Part shown: piece after piece, positions 42,059-52,041 of the stretch
Layout of the letters: each line of letters begins with the position of its first letter
Numbering within the stretch: the first letter of the stretch is position 1
Assembly: GCA_035546615.1 (NCBI GenBank)
Contig: DASZWM010000005.1
Coordinates: forward strand, 32,001 to 96,000
Direction: 5' to 3'
From: Minisyncoccota bacterium
GTDB lineage: Bacteria; Patescibacteriota; Minisyncoccia; Phycocordibacterales; SBAW01
DNA length: 64,000 nt
Notes under the pieces: model-generated
The model's database searches: none
The model's input: only the letters and a program-made list of their open reading frames with translations
What the model was told of the DNA's origin: nothing
Program-made: the position numbers and the translations under genes

Positions 42059-45000
42059 TTGGATATGTCCGAAGTGGGGAAGTCAGAAGTGGCCAAGCGC
42101 GAGGAGAAAGTACTCGCTTTTTGGAAAGAACAGCAGATATTCGAGCGCAGCGTTGGGAAGCGCGCGCCGCGCGGCGAATTCACCTTTTATGACGGCCCGC
42201 CGTTCGCAACCGGCCTGCCGCACCACGGCAGCCTCCTGTCCTCGATAATTAAGGACGTCGTTCCGCGCTATAAGACCATGCGCGGCTACCGCGTCCCGCG
42301 CCGCTGGGGCTGGGACTGCCACGGGCTTCCCATCGAGAACCTGGTCGAAAAGAAGCTCGGCCTCAAGACAAAGAAAGACATTCTTTCCATCGGCATCGAT
42401 ACGTTTAACGAGGAGGCGCGCTCGACCGTGCTCCAATACGTGCACGACTGGGAGCAGTACGTGGACCGCGTGGGCCGCTGGGTGGATTTCAGGAACTCGT
42501 ACAAGACGATGGACAACTCGTATATCGAGACCGTCTGGTGGGCGCTCAAGGAAATGCAGGACAAGAAGCTTTTGTACGAGGGCCGGAAGGTGCTCATGTA
42601 CTGCCCGCACTGCGAAACGCCGCTTGCCAAGGCCGAAATTGCCGCCGACAATACCTACAAGGATATTACCGAGGAGGCCGTTACCATCAAGTTCAAGCTT
42701 AAGTATCCGCAGAAGTTCGGCCTTCCCGAAAATACGTATCTGCTTGCGTGGACGACGACCCCGTGGACGCTTCCGGGCAACGTGGGGCTCGCGGTCGGGC
42801 CTGACATCCCATACGTGCTTGTGGAGCAAAACGGCGAGTACCTCGTGCTTGCGCGCGACCTGAAAGGGCAGGCGTCCGGCACGGTCGCGGGAGAACTGCT
42901 CGGCCGGCAGATGGTCGGCGCGGACTACGAGCCGCTCTATCGCATCAATGCGGTAGAGGCGCACAAAGGAAGGAAGCATCAGGTGCTTGCGGCGGACTTC
43001 GTCACTACGACCGAAGGCACGGGCATCGTGCACACCGCCGTCATGTACGGCGAGGACGACTTCGCGCTCGGGCAAAAAGAGGGCTTGCCGATGGTGCAGC
43101 TCCTCAGCCAGAACGGCACGTACAACGACAACGCGCCGGAGTTCGTGCGCGGCGAGTATATAAAGAAGGCGGAGAAGCTCATCAAGGAAGACCTCGAGGA
43201 AAAGGGCCTGCTCTTTTCCCGCGCGAACCACACGCACTCCTACCCGCACTGCTGGCGCTGCGGCACCGCGCTCATCTACAACGCCGTCGCGTCCTGGTTC
43301 ATCAATATTCAGAAGGTGAAGGCGAAGATGCTTTCGGAGAACCAGAAGATAAACTGGGTGCCCGCGTACCTGCGCGACGGGCGGTTCAGGAACATCCTTG
43401 AGAACGCGCCGGATTGGACGATATCGCGCAACCGCTTCTGGGCCTCTCCCTTGCCGATATGGAAGGAGAAGGGCGGCAAGAACCTGATGGTCGTGGGTTC
43501 TGTCGAGGAATTGCTGAAAAAGACGAAGCGCTCCGGCAACAAGTACTTCGTGATGCGCCACGGAGAGGCGCGTCACAATGTGGAAGATGCCATGGACGGC
43601 GCCGGAAGGCCGGACAACCACCTGACCGACGCGGGGAGAGAATATGTGCGCGCGGCGGCGCAGGAGTTTAAAAAAAGGCAGGAGATAGACCTTATCGTTA
43701 TGTCTCCGTTCGTGCGCACCCGCGAAACTGCCGCTATCGTCCAGGAAGTATTCGGTCTTCCCGATTCTGCCGTGGCCGTCGATAACCGCCTCCATGAAAT
43801 AGGGTTCGGCGAGTTCGAAGGCAGGCCGCTCAGGGAGTGGGCGGAATTCTTCGGTTCGCTTGAGAACAGGTTCTTAAAGACTCCCGAAGGGGGAGAGCCG
43901 TTTAGCGACGTGCGCCGGCGCGTGGGGGATTTCCTGTTCGAGATAGAGCGCCGGTATGTGGGCAAGAATATCCTCATCGTGACCCACAAGGGGCCGGGCT
44001 GGCTGCTTAATGCGGTGGCAAAGCGCTACTCCGCCGCGCAGATAGCCAATGAAGAGGAATATTCGCCCTTCATGCGCAACGACAAGGCTCAGCGCATATA
44101 CGAGCTTCCGTTCACGCCCTTCCCGCACAATAAGGACTACGAGATGGACCTGCACCGCCCGTATATCGACGCGATAACGCTTGTGGACGCTCAAGGCCGC
44201 GGCTACGAGCGCATTCCGGAGGTCATCGACTGCTGGGTCGAGTCCGGCGCCATGCCGTACGCGAGCAATCACTACCCCTTTAAGAACAAGAACCGCTTCA
44301 ATCCGGCGCGCTTCTTCGGCTTGTGGCCGAAAGGTTTCCCGGCGCAGTTCATCGCCGAGTACATCGGGCAGACGCGCACCTGGTTCTACTACATGCTTGC
44401 GGTCAGCACCGTTCTCTCGGGACGGGCCTCATTCCAGAACGTGGTATCCACCGGCAACCTGCTTGCGGCGGACGGCGCGAAACTTTCCAAATCCAAGGGC
44501 AACTACACCGACCCGCTCAACATCATGAACCAGTTCGGCGCCGACGCGTACCGCTTCTACCTCATGGGCTCGGTCGTGATGAACAGCGAGGACCTCCAGT
44601 TCCGCGACGAGGACGTGCGCGAGGCCAACAACCGCGTGCTCGGCATACTTTGGAACTGCTACAAGTTCTTCGAGCTCTACAAAGACGAGCGCGACCCCGC
44701 GATACGCGCTCAGGATAGCTCGCACCCGCTTGATCGCTGGGTACTGTCGCTTCTTAACAAAACCACTGCCGCAGTAACGGCAGCGATGGAAGCGTACGAC
44801 ACGCCGGGGGCATGCAAGGCCCTGCGCGCGTTCGTCGACGACTACTCCACCTGGTATGTGCGCCGCTCGCGCGACCGCGTGAAGGGCGAGGATGAGGCTG
44901 ACAAGCAGTTCGCGCTCGCGACCCAGTACGAGGTGCTTTTAACGCTTTCGCAATTGTTCGCGCCCATCACGCCGTATATTTCCGAAAGCATCTACCGCTC

Positions 45001-45490
45001 AGCCGGCGGCGAAGAAGACAGTGTGCACCTGAGCGAGTGGCCGGAAGCCGGAGCCGTGGACGAGAAATTGCTTGCCGACATGGAGGTCGTGCGCAAGACC
45101 GCGTCGATGGCGCTGGAGGCGCGCGAGCGCGCCGGCATCAAGATACGCCAGCCGCTCGGGAAGCTCTCCGCAAAGTCCCTGCCCGCCGACTTGGGGCTTC
45201 GCCAGCTTATCGCCGAAGAAGTGAATGTGAAGGAGATCATTGAAGATGTCGTGATGGAAGATGACATATCGCTCGACACCACGATGACGCCGGAGTTGCG
45301 CGATGAGGGCATTATGCGCACGCTCATGCGCCGCGTGCAGGAATGGCGCAAGGACGAGCAGCTCACCATTGCCGACAGGCCGGACTACACGCTCGTCGTT
45401 ACCGCCGAAGAAAATCCCGTGGCGCAGAAGTACCGCGAAGAGATACGGAAAGCGACCGGCCTCAATAGCCTCGAAATAACGGTAGAATAG
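42059..45490 (+). CDS. ileS: Isoleucyl-tRNA synthetase (type 2, eukaryote-like), 1143 aa, with an inserted histidine-phosphatase (PGAM-like) domain.
   Basis: HIGH-equivalent PFATGLPHHGS, editing-domain region, WTISRNRFWASPLP, KMSKS as KLSKSKGN, C-terminal anticodon-binding region. Between WTISRNRFW and IDCWVESG sits FVMRHGEARHN ... LTDAGREYVRAAAQEF ... IDLIVMSPFVRTRETAAIV ... LHEIGFGEFEGRPL ... ILIVTHKGPG, which is collinear with phosphoglycerate-mutase/histidine-phosphatase motifs. Confidence 0.9.
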   Translation: MDMSEVGKSEVAKREEKVLAFWKEQQIFERSVGKRAPRGEFTFYDGPPFATGLPHHGSLLSSIIKDVVPRYKTMRGYRVPRRWGWDCHGLPIENLVEKKLGLKTKKDILSIGIDTFNEEARSTVLQYVHDWEQYVDRVGRWVDFRNSYKTMDNSYIETVWWALKEMQDKKLLYEGRKVLMYCPHCETPLAKAEIAADNTYKDITEEAVTIKFKLKYPQKFGLPENTYLLAWTTTPWTLPGNVGLAVGPDIPYVLVEQNGEYLVLARDLKGQASGTVAGELLGRQMVGADYEPLYRINAVEAHKGRKHQVLAADFVTTTEGTGIVHTAVMYGEDDFALGQKEGLPMVQLLSQNGTYNDNAPEFVRGEYIKKAEKLIKEDLEEKGLLFSRANHTHSYPHCWRCGTALIYNAVASWFINIQKVKAKMLSENQKINWVPAYLRDGRFRNILENAPDWTISRNRFWASPLPIWKEKGGKNLMVVGSVEELLKKTKRSGNKYFVMRHGEARHNVEDAMDGAGRPDNHLTDAGREYVRAAAQEFKKRQEIDLIVMSPFVRTRETAAIVQEVFGLPDSAVAVDNRLHEIGFGEFEGRPLREWAEFFGSLENRFLKTPEGGEPFSDVRRRVGDFLFEIERRYVGKNILIVTHKGPGWLLNAVAKRYSAAQIANEEEYSPFMRNDKAQRIYELPFTPFPHNKDYEMDLHRPYIDAITLVDAQGRGYERIPEVIDCWVESGAMPYASNHYPFKNKNRFNPARFFGLWPKGFPAQFIAEYIGQTRTWFYYMLAVSTVLSGRASFQNVVSTGNLLAADGAKLSKSKGNYTDPLNIMNQFGADAYRFYLMGSVVMNSEDLQFRDEDVREANNRVLGILWNCYKFFELYKDERDPAIRAQDSSHPLDRWVLSLLNKTTAAVTAAMEAYDTPGACKALRAFVDDYSTWYVRRSRDRVKGEDEADKQFALATQYEVLLTLSQLFAPITPYISESIYRSAGGEEDSVHLSEWPEAGAVDEKLLADMEVVRKTASMALEARERAGIKIRQPLGKLSAKSLPADLGLRQLIAEEVNVKEIIEDVVMEDDISLDTTMTPELRDEGIMRTLMRRVQEWRKDEQLTIADRPDYTLVVTAEENPVAQKYREEIRKATGLNSLEITVE

Positions 45491-45494
45491 GAGG

Positions 45495-46088
45495 ATGCAT
45501 AAGCTGTTCGTAAGCGAAGGACTGGTGCTCGGCAAGCGCGGAGTGGGGGAGGCGAATACGCTTCTGGCTATTTTGACCCGCGACATGGGGCTTGTGAAGG
45601 CGGTCGCGCGTTCCGCCCGCCGCGAGAACTCGAAGCTGCGCTACGGGCTTGAACCGCTGACCCTCGCCACGTACTCGTTCATCCGCGGCAAGCACGAGTG
45701 GAAGCTTGTCGGCGCCGAGCGCGCATCAAAAGAATTGCAGGACCCGGCGCTGCCGCTGCCTGCGCGCCAAGCCATGGGCCGCTCCATCCGGCTGCTGCTC
45801 AGGCTCATACACGGCGAGGAACACAGCGAAGCACTCTATACGACCGTGATGGAAGGATTCAAGGCGCTTGCTTCTTCTGCTCGGCAAACGCCGCAGGAGA
45901 TGCAGCATGTAGAGACCGTGCTCGTCCTGCGTATCCTCTCGCACCTGGGCTACTTGCCGCAGACTCCGGAGCTCAAGCCTTTCATTGAGGCCGATTTCTT
46001 CGCGATAGAGCTGGCCGCCGAGGTCGCGGCCTCCAAAGCCCTGCTCACGAAAGCCATAAATGAATCTCTCAACGCTACCGGCTTGTAG
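45495..46088 (+). CDS. recO: DNA repair protein RecO (short form).
   Basis: EGLVLGKRGVGEANTLLAILTRDMGLVKAVARSARRENSKL...LEPLTLATYSF is the RecO N-terminal OB-fold pattern. 197 aa. Confidence 0.65.
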   Translation: MHKLFVSEGLVLGKRGVGEANTLLAILTRDMGLVKAVARSARRENSKLRYGLEPLTLATYSFIRGKHEWKLVGAERASKELQDPALPLPARQAMGRSIRLLLRLIHGEEHSEALYTTVMEGFKALASSARQTPQEMQHVETVLVLRILSHLGYLPQTPELKPFIEADFFAIELAAEVAASKALLTKAINESLNATGL

Positions 46089-46111
46089 CGGAGTGATATA
46101 CTTCTCCCTAT

Positions 46112-48088
46112 ATGGCACGGGAGGAAAAGGGAGGGGTCGAGGGTCTTAAGCGGCGCCTTTACACGCGCAAGCCCGCTCCGAAAACCGGCGACGCACGAAC
46201 GCCGCTGTCGCCCTCGGAAACGCACATTCCGACCTCGTGGAGCGAGATACATGCGCCGGGAGAGGGAGCGGAACCCGCAATGCCCGAGGAGCCCGCGGCT
46301 CCGGCCGCGCCCATTACGTCCATAGCCCCGGCGGGCCTTGAAATGTCCAGAAAACGCATGACATTCGCCACAAAGTTCTTTTTAGGCTCCATCGCCTTTT
46401 TTGTGGTGGCCGCGGGCATTGCGGCCGCGCTCTTCCTCGGAGGCGTCAACACTACTTCGCCGCAGAATATTTCCATATCGATAGACGCGCCGTCCTTAAT
46501 AGACGGCGGCAAGGAGGCGCAGTTCAACATCACCATTACCAACCGCAACACCACGTCGCTCAACGAAGCGGACCTGGTCATCGATTACCCGGACGGCGCG
46601 CGCGCGGTGAACGACCCGACGCAGGCACTGACCCACGAGCGCATTTCGATAGGCACTATCAAATCAGGCGAGCAGATAAAGCGCACGGCTTCGGCGCTCT
46701 TGTACGGGCAGGAAGGCGCGCAGCAGAAATTAGTCGCGCGGCTCGAATATAATCTTTCGGGCTCCAACGCCGTGTTCGAGAAATCCGCGGAGACGTCGTT
46801 CACCATCGGCTCGGCACCGGTATCGCTCACCGTGGACGCTCCGGAGCGGGTTATCGCGGGCGACCAGTTCGCGATGGACATAACCGTGCGCTCAAACGCA
46901 GCCGCTCCCGTCAACAATGTCACCGTGGAGGCGCAGTACCCGTTCGGATATTCCGTCGCGGCAGCAACGCCCTCAGCCGCAGCAGGCGGTTCGCTCTGGC
47001 GCCTGGGCACGTTGGCGCCCGGCGCTTCAAAAAAGATACACATCACCGGCGCCATAACCGCCTCCGACGGAGACGACCGCGTATTCAAGTTCCTGATAGG
47101 CTCCAACGCCGACCAGACCGACGTGCATGTGCGCGTGCCGTTCCTAACGCTGCCGCAGACCATAAGCGTCGAGCGGCCGTTCATTAGCGGCTCGGTTTCC
47201 GTGGAAGGCAAAACGGGCCAGAGCATTTCCGTCGCGGCGGGAAAGACATTGCGCGGCACGGTGGAGTGGGAGAACAATCTCGACGACTCCATCTCCGACC
47301 TTGAGCTCAGTCTTTCCTTCAGCGGCCCCGCGCTCGATAAAAGCTCCGTGAACGCGCAGAACGGCTTCTACCAGTCGGGGAACTCCACCATAATCTGGAC
47401 GAAGGACCGCAGCGGGGAGCTCGAGTCGGTAGCGCCCGGCGCCACGGGCTCCTACCAATTCTCCTTCGGTACGCTTCCGCCGGGCTCGTCCGGCACGCTC
47501 ATCACTAATCCGACCGTAACGCTCAACCTCACTGTGCGCGCGGTGCGCCAGGGCTCAAGCGGCTCGCCTGAGACAATCACTTCAGCGGCGACCGCCAAGG
47601 TAACGCTCGCATCCCAGCTTTCAATAGGCGCGGAATCGTCGCACTCGGGCGGGCCGTTCCAGAACGGCGGGCCGGTGCCGCCGCGCGCCGAAACGCCGAC
47701 CTCCTACACGATTACCTGGACGGTAAAGAACTCCGCCAATGCAGTTGCCAATGCTGTGGCTTCCGCCGTGCTGCCGCCGTACGTCACCTTCGTCACCGCG
47801 CAGTCGGGAAGCGGCATCACGTACGACTCCGGCAGCCGCACCGTGCGCTGGAACCTGGGCGACGTGAAGGCGGGCGTGGGCTATACCACCGCCGCGCGCC
47901 AGGCCGCTTTCCAGGTGACGCTCACGCCAAGCGCCTCGCAGGTAGACTCCGTGCCTGCCCTTACGGGCCCGGCCAGCATTACCGGCCAGGACCGCTTCGC
48001 GCAGGTTACGGTGGAGGGCCAGGCGGAGTCTGTCAGTACCCATACCAGCGACGGCGGCAGCGGCAATGACGTTGTACAGCCGAAGTAA
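46112..48088 (+). CDS. Cell-surface protein with a Pro-rich cytoplasmic N-terminus, one TM segment and DUF11/CARDB-like repeats.
   Basis: The N-terminal about 90 aa are Pro/Ala-rich. TM helix FATKFFLGSIAFFVVAAGIAAALFL. Repeated beta-rich modules (VSLTVDAPERVIAGDQFAMDITVRSN ... ) are typical of DUF11/CARDB repeats. Confidence 0.55.
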   Translation: MAREEKGGVEGLKRRLYTRKPAPKTGDARTPLSPSETHIPTSWSEIHAPGEGAEPAMPEEPAAPAAPITSIAPAGLEMSRKRMTFATKFFLGSIAFFVVAAGIAAALFLGGVNTTSPQNISISIDAPSLIDGGKEAQFNITITNRNTTSLNEADLVIDYPDGARAVNDPTQALTHERISIGTIKSGEQIKRTASALLYGQEGAQQKLVARLEYNLSGSNAVFEKSAETSFTIGSAPVSLTVDAPERVIAGDQFAMDITVRSNAAAPVNNVTVEAQYPFGYSVAAATPSAAAGGSLWRLGTLAPGASKKIHITGAITASDGDDRVFKFLIGSNADQTDVHVRVPFLTLPQTISVERPFISGSVSVEGKTGQSISVAAGKTLRGTVEWENNLDDSISDLELSLSFSGPALDKSSVNAQNGFYQSGNSTIIWTKDRSGELESVAPGATGSYQFSFGTLPPGSSGTLITNPTVTLNLTVRAVRQGSSGSPETITSAATAKVTLASQLSIGAESSHSGGPFQNGGPVPPRAETPTSYTITWTVKNSANAVANAVASAVLPPYVTFVTAQSGSGITYDSGSRTVRWNLGDVKAGVGYTTAARQAAFQVTLTPSASQVDSVPALTGPASITGQDRFAQVTVEGQAESVSTHTSDGGSGNDVVQPK

Positions 48089-48126
48089 TTGTTTCGTTTT
48101 CCGGACTATAGTACAAACATAAGGAT

Positions 48127-49518
48127 ATGGCTGAAATGGACTTGATGGAGAAGATAGTGTCGCTGTGCAAGCGGCGCGGCTTCGTATTCCAGGGCTCCGA
48201 AATATACGGGGGGCTCGCCGGCACCTGGGACTACGGGCCTCTGGGCGCTGAGCTCAATAACAACATCAAGCAGTACTGGTGGAAGACGTTCGTATATGAC
48301 CGCGACGACGTGTACGGCGTGAACGCCTCTATCCTGATGCATCCGCGCGTATGGGAGGCTTCCGGCCATACGGAAGGATTTACCGATCCGCTGGTGGAAG
48401 ACAAAGTGACGCACAAGCGCTACCGCGCGGACCATATCCTTGAAGACGCGGGCGTGGACGTGAAGAACCTCTCCGTCGCCCAGATGGGGGAGAAGCTCGC
48501 CGAATTGAAACTCAAGAGCCCGGATGGCAACGCGCTTACCGAGCCGAAAGTGTTCAACCTGCTCGTAGAGGCCGGCATCGGCGCCGTCGAGGGCGCGAAG
48601 GAAAAGGTATTCCTGCGCGGGGAGATAACGCAGGGCGTGCACGTGAACTTCAAGAACGTGCTCGACGCGATGCACCCGAAGATCCCGTTCGGCATCGCCC
48701 AGATAGGGAAGGCATTCCGCAACGAGATAGTGCCCGGCAACTTCCTCTTCCGTGTCCGCGAGTTCGAGCAGATGGAGCTCCAGTATTACGTGAAGCCGGA
48801 GGATGAGGAAAGCAAGAAGCAATACGAGGCTTGGAAGGAGCGCAGCATGGAATGGTACAAGGGCCTCGGCATCAAGCCCGAGAACCTGCGCTTCCGCCAG
48901 CACGAAACGGACGAGCGAGCGCACTACGCGCGCGATGCGTGGGACATAGAGTACCAGACGCCGTTCGGCTGGAAGGAAGCGTGGGGCATACACCACCGCG
49001 GCGACTGGGACCTCAGGCGCCATCAGGAGTATTCAGGCCAGTCGATGGAATACGTCGATGACGAAGGAAAAAAGTTCTTGCCGTGGATAATCGAAACTTC
49101 GGGAGGCGTCGGCCGCGCCTTTCTTTTTACGCTTCTCGATGCCTACCGCGAAGACGAAGTCGGGGGAGAGAAGCGGGTTTACCTTGCGCTGTCTCCGCGC
49201 GTAGCGCCGGTCAAGGCCGCCGTGTTCCCTTTGCTCAAGAACAAGCCGGAGCTTGTGGCCAAAGCGCGCGAGATATACGCCGCGCTCAAGAAAGAGATTC
49301 CGCAGGTCGTGTTCGACGACAACGGCAACGTCGGCAAGCGGTACCGCCGGCAGGACGAGATAGGCACGCCGTGGTGCATCACGATAGATTTCGACACGCT
49401 CGGCGAGAATCCGGAGCTTACAGATACTGTCACGCTGCGCGACCGCGACACGGGCGAGCAAAAGCGCGTCGCAGTGAGCGAATTGGCTTCGCTTCTGCTT
49501 CCGCTGGCGAAGGTGTAG
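48127..49518 (+). CDS. glyQS: Glycyl-tRNA synthetase, alpha2 dimeric type.
   Basis: Class II motifs and the GlyRS-specific N-terminus MEKIVSLCKRRGFVFQGSEIYGG, plus C-terminal anticodon-binding domain. 463 aa. Confidence 0.9.
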   Translation: MAEMDLMEKIVSLCKRRGFVFQGSEIYGGLAGTWDYGPLGAELNNNIKQYWWKTFVYDRDDVYGVNASILMHPRVWEASGHTEGFTDPLVEDKVTHKRYRADHILEDAGVDVKNLSVAQMGEKLAELKLKSPDGNALTEPKVFNLLVEAGIGAVEGAKEKVFLRGEITQGVHVNFKNVLDAMHPKIPFGIAQIGKAFRNEIVPGNFLFRVREFEQMELQYYVKPEDEESKKQYEAWKERSMEWYKGLGIKPENLRFRQHETDERAHYARDAWDIEYQTPFGWKEAWGIHHRGDWDLRRHQEYSGQSMEYVDDEGKKFLPWIIETSGGVGRAFLFTLLDAYREDEVGGEKRVYLALSPRVAPVKAAVFPLLKNKPELVAKAREIYAALKKEIPQVVFDDNGNVGKRYRRQDEIGTPWCITIDFDTLGENPELTDTVTLRDRDTGEQKRVAVSELASLLLPLAKV

Positions 49519-49528
49519 TATAGGGGAG

Positions 49529-50599
49529 ATGCCGAAGAATCTCTCCGTCACCATCAGCCCGTCGACCATATTCACCACCATCCTCATCCTCGCGGGGGCG
49601 GCGCTTTTGTACTACCTGCGCGACCTGGCGCTCATGGTGCTTACCGCCGTGATTATCGCGTCGGCCATGGAGCCGGGCGTTCACGCCTTCGTGCGCCGCG
49701 GCGTGCCGCGGGTGCTCGGCGTCATTATCATGTACCTTACCGTCGCCTCGGTCTTCTTCGGCGTGCTGTTCCTCTTCATCCCGCCGGTCTTGAGCGACTT
49801 GGCCACGTTTTTGGCAACGCTCCCGCAGACGCTCGTATCGCTCAACATTTCCGACGTAACGCACGGGCTCCTTCCGTGGGGGAGCGTGGCGGATACTGTT
49901 TCCTCGGCCCAGCTTCTGCAGAATGTATCCTCGGCGCTTGGCGACTCGGCCGGAGGCGCGTTCTCCACGCTTTCCTCCATCTTCGGCGGCCTTACGTCAT
50001 TCGTCCTCATTGTCGTGTTCTCTTTCTACTTCTCCGTGCAGGAAACCGGCGTGGATGACTTCCTGCGCGTCGTGACGCCGGTCAGCGAGCAGGCGTACGT
50101 GCTCCATCTCTGGAAGCGCAGCCAGGAGAAGATAGGCAAGTGGATGCAGGGCCAGCTCATACTCGCGCTTATCGTGGGCGTACTGCTCTATCTTGGTCTC
50201 ACTATACTTGGCGTGCCGCACGCGCTTTTGCTTGCGATACTGGCGGGCATGTTCGAGCTCATACCGGTCTTCGGCCAGTTCCTGGCGGCCGTTCCGGCTA
50301 TCGCCATCGGCTTCAGCGTGGGAGGCGTCACCGAGTCGCTTCTTATCGTCGGCCTCTATATGCTGGTGCAGCAGTTCGAGGCGCATCTCATCTACCCGGT
50401 CGTGGTGAAGAAGGTCGTGGGCGTACCGCCGCTCATGGTCATCCTCGCGCTTCTCATCGGCTTCAAGCTCTTCGGGTTCCTCGGCGTGCTGTTGTCCGTA
50501 CCCATCGCCGCAGCCATACAGGAGTTCCTGTCCGATGTGGACCGCGAGAAGACGCGCGCGCTCGCGCGGCAGCTTGCGGCTGAGCACGCGAAAGAGTAG
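49529..50599 (+). CDS. AI-2E family transporter (PerM/UPF0118).
   Basis: 356 aa, eight TM helices, and a conserved mid-protein pattern typical of AI-2E/PerM. Confidence 0.65.
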   Translation: MPKNLSVTISPSTIFTTILILAGAALLYYLRDLALMVLTAVIIASAMEPGVHAFVRRGVPRVLGVIIMYLTVASVFFGVLFLFIPPVLSDLATFLATLPQTLVSLNISDVTHGLLPWGSVADTVSSAQLLQNVSSALGDSAGGAFSTLSSIFGGLTSFVLIVVFSFYFSVQETGVDDFLRVVTPVSEQAYVLHLWKRSQEKIGKWMQGQLILALIVGVLLYLGLTILGVPHALLLAILAGMFELIPVFGQFLAAVPAIAIGFSVGGVTESLLIVGLYMLVQQFEAHLIYPVVVKKVVGVPPLMVILALLIGFKLFGFLGVLLSVPIAAAIQEFLSDVDREKTRALARQLAAEHAKE

Positions 50600-50608
50600 T
50601 TTTCTGAT

Positions 50609-52039
50609 ATGGCCGACAAGAAAACGTTTTACCTCACGACGCCGATTTTCTATCCCAACGCGAATCTGCATTTGGGCCACGCGTACGTAACAACCTTGTG
50701 CGACGTTCTTGCCCGCTACCATCGTTTGGCGGGGGACAAGACGTACTTTTTGACCGGTTCGGACGAGAACGCGCAAACCGTATTACAGGGAGCAAAGAAG
50801 GCCGGCAAAGACCCGGAAGTATTTCTGGAGGAGATTGTCACTAATTTCAAAAAGCTGTTCGCGAGCCTGAATATTTCTCAGGACCAGTTCATCCGAACAT
50901 CCGACAGGCAAGTGCACTGGCCCGGCGCCATCGCTCTCTGGAAAAAACTGGATGTCGCGGGTGACATATACAAAAAAGAGTACGAGGGCCTGTACTGCGT
51001 CGGTCATGAGGCATTCATAACCGAAAAGGAATTGGTGGATGGCAAATGCCCCGACCACGGTACTGTGCCGGAACTAGTCAAAGAGGAAAATTACTTCTTC
51101 CGCCTTTCCAAATACACGGATGCTATAAGAAAAAAGATAGAGTCAGACGAACTCAGTATCGTTCCTACCACCCGAAAAAAGGAAATCCTCTCTTTTCTGG
51201 AGGAAGGGCTGCAGGATGTAAGTTTTTCTCGTCCTAAGACTTCTAACGCGGTGGGCATTCCCGTTCCCGGGGACGACTCACAGGTGATGTATGTGTGGTG
51301 TGATGCGCTTTCAAACTACATAACAGCGCTTGGGTACGGTAAGGATGATGAATCGCTCTACAAGGAGTTTTGGCCCGGTATACATGTTGTGGGAAAGGAC
51401 ATCCTGCGCTTCCATGCCGCAATCTGGCCGGGCATGCTCATGTCCGCCGGTATTCCGCTTCCGCAGAAAATATTCGTGCACGGAATGATAATTTCCGGCG
51501 GTAAAAAGATGTCCAAGACTCGCGGGAATGTCATTGATCCGGTTGAACTGTTGAGCGAATACGGAACTGACGCGGTACGCTACTTCCTTTCGCGCCACGT
51601 CTCGCCTATGGAGGACAGCGAGCTTACCTTAGAAGGGCTTAAGGATATCTATAATGCCGATTTGGCGAATGGTCTTGGCAACCTAGCTGCGCGCATCATG
51701 CAGCTCGCACAAACACACCTTGCTGAGCCCGTGGTCGTAGAATTTACCGGGTATCCAGAAGAATATACGAATGCCCTTGAACGCATGGAAATCAATAAAG
51801 CCGCTGATTTCGTCTGGAGCCGCATCAAGAGCCTAGACCAGCAAATAACGGACACGAAGCCCTTTACGGTAGTGAAAGAGAATCCCGAAGAAGGAAGGAA
51901 GCTTATCGCCGCGCTGGTGCGCGAGCTTGCGGCTGTAGACCTTCTTATCGAGCCGTTTATGCCCGAAACCAGCAAGAAGATAATCGACGCCATCATGGCG
52001 AACAAAAAGCCCGAGAATCTTTTCCCTCGCAAAGACTAA
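50609..52039 (+). CDS. metG: Methionyl-tRNA synthetase, minimal form (476 aa, no C-terminal tRNA-binding domain).
   Basis: HIGH motif as NLHLGHAY, connective peptide, KMSKS as KMSKTRGN, helical anticodon-binding domain. Ends without the EMAP/Trbp111-like C-terminal domain. Confidence 0.9.
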   Translation: MADKKTFYLTTPIFYPNANLHLGHAYVTTLCDVLARYHRLAGDKTYFLTGSDENAQTVLQGAKKAGKDPEVFLEEIVTNFKKLFASLNISQDQFIRTSDRQVHWPGAIALWKKLDVAGDIYKKEYEGLYCVGHEAFITEKELVDGKCPDHGTVPELVKEENYFFRLSKYTDAIRKKIESDELSIVPTTRKKEILSFLEEGLQDVSFSRPKTSNAVGIPVPGDDSQVMYVWCDALSNYITALGYGKDDESLYKEFWPGIHVVGKDILRFHAAIWPGMLMSAGIPLPQKIFVHGMIISGGKKMSKTRGNVIDPVELLSEYGTDAVRYFLSRHVSPMEDSELTLEGLKDIYNADLANGLGNLAARIMQLAQTHLAEPVVVEFTGYPEEYTNALERMEINKAADFVWSRIKSLDQQITDTKPFTVVKENPEEGRKLIAALVRELAAVDLLIEPFMPETSKKIIDAIMANKKPENLFPRKD

Positions 52040-52041
52040 GT

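Noticed and set aside
42083-43795. A 570 aa minus-strand ORF inside ileS (and the similar 44999..45586 minus-strand ORF).
   Set aside because: It is antisense to ileS, whose identity is unambiguous, and its translation is Arg/Val/His-rich with no motifs.
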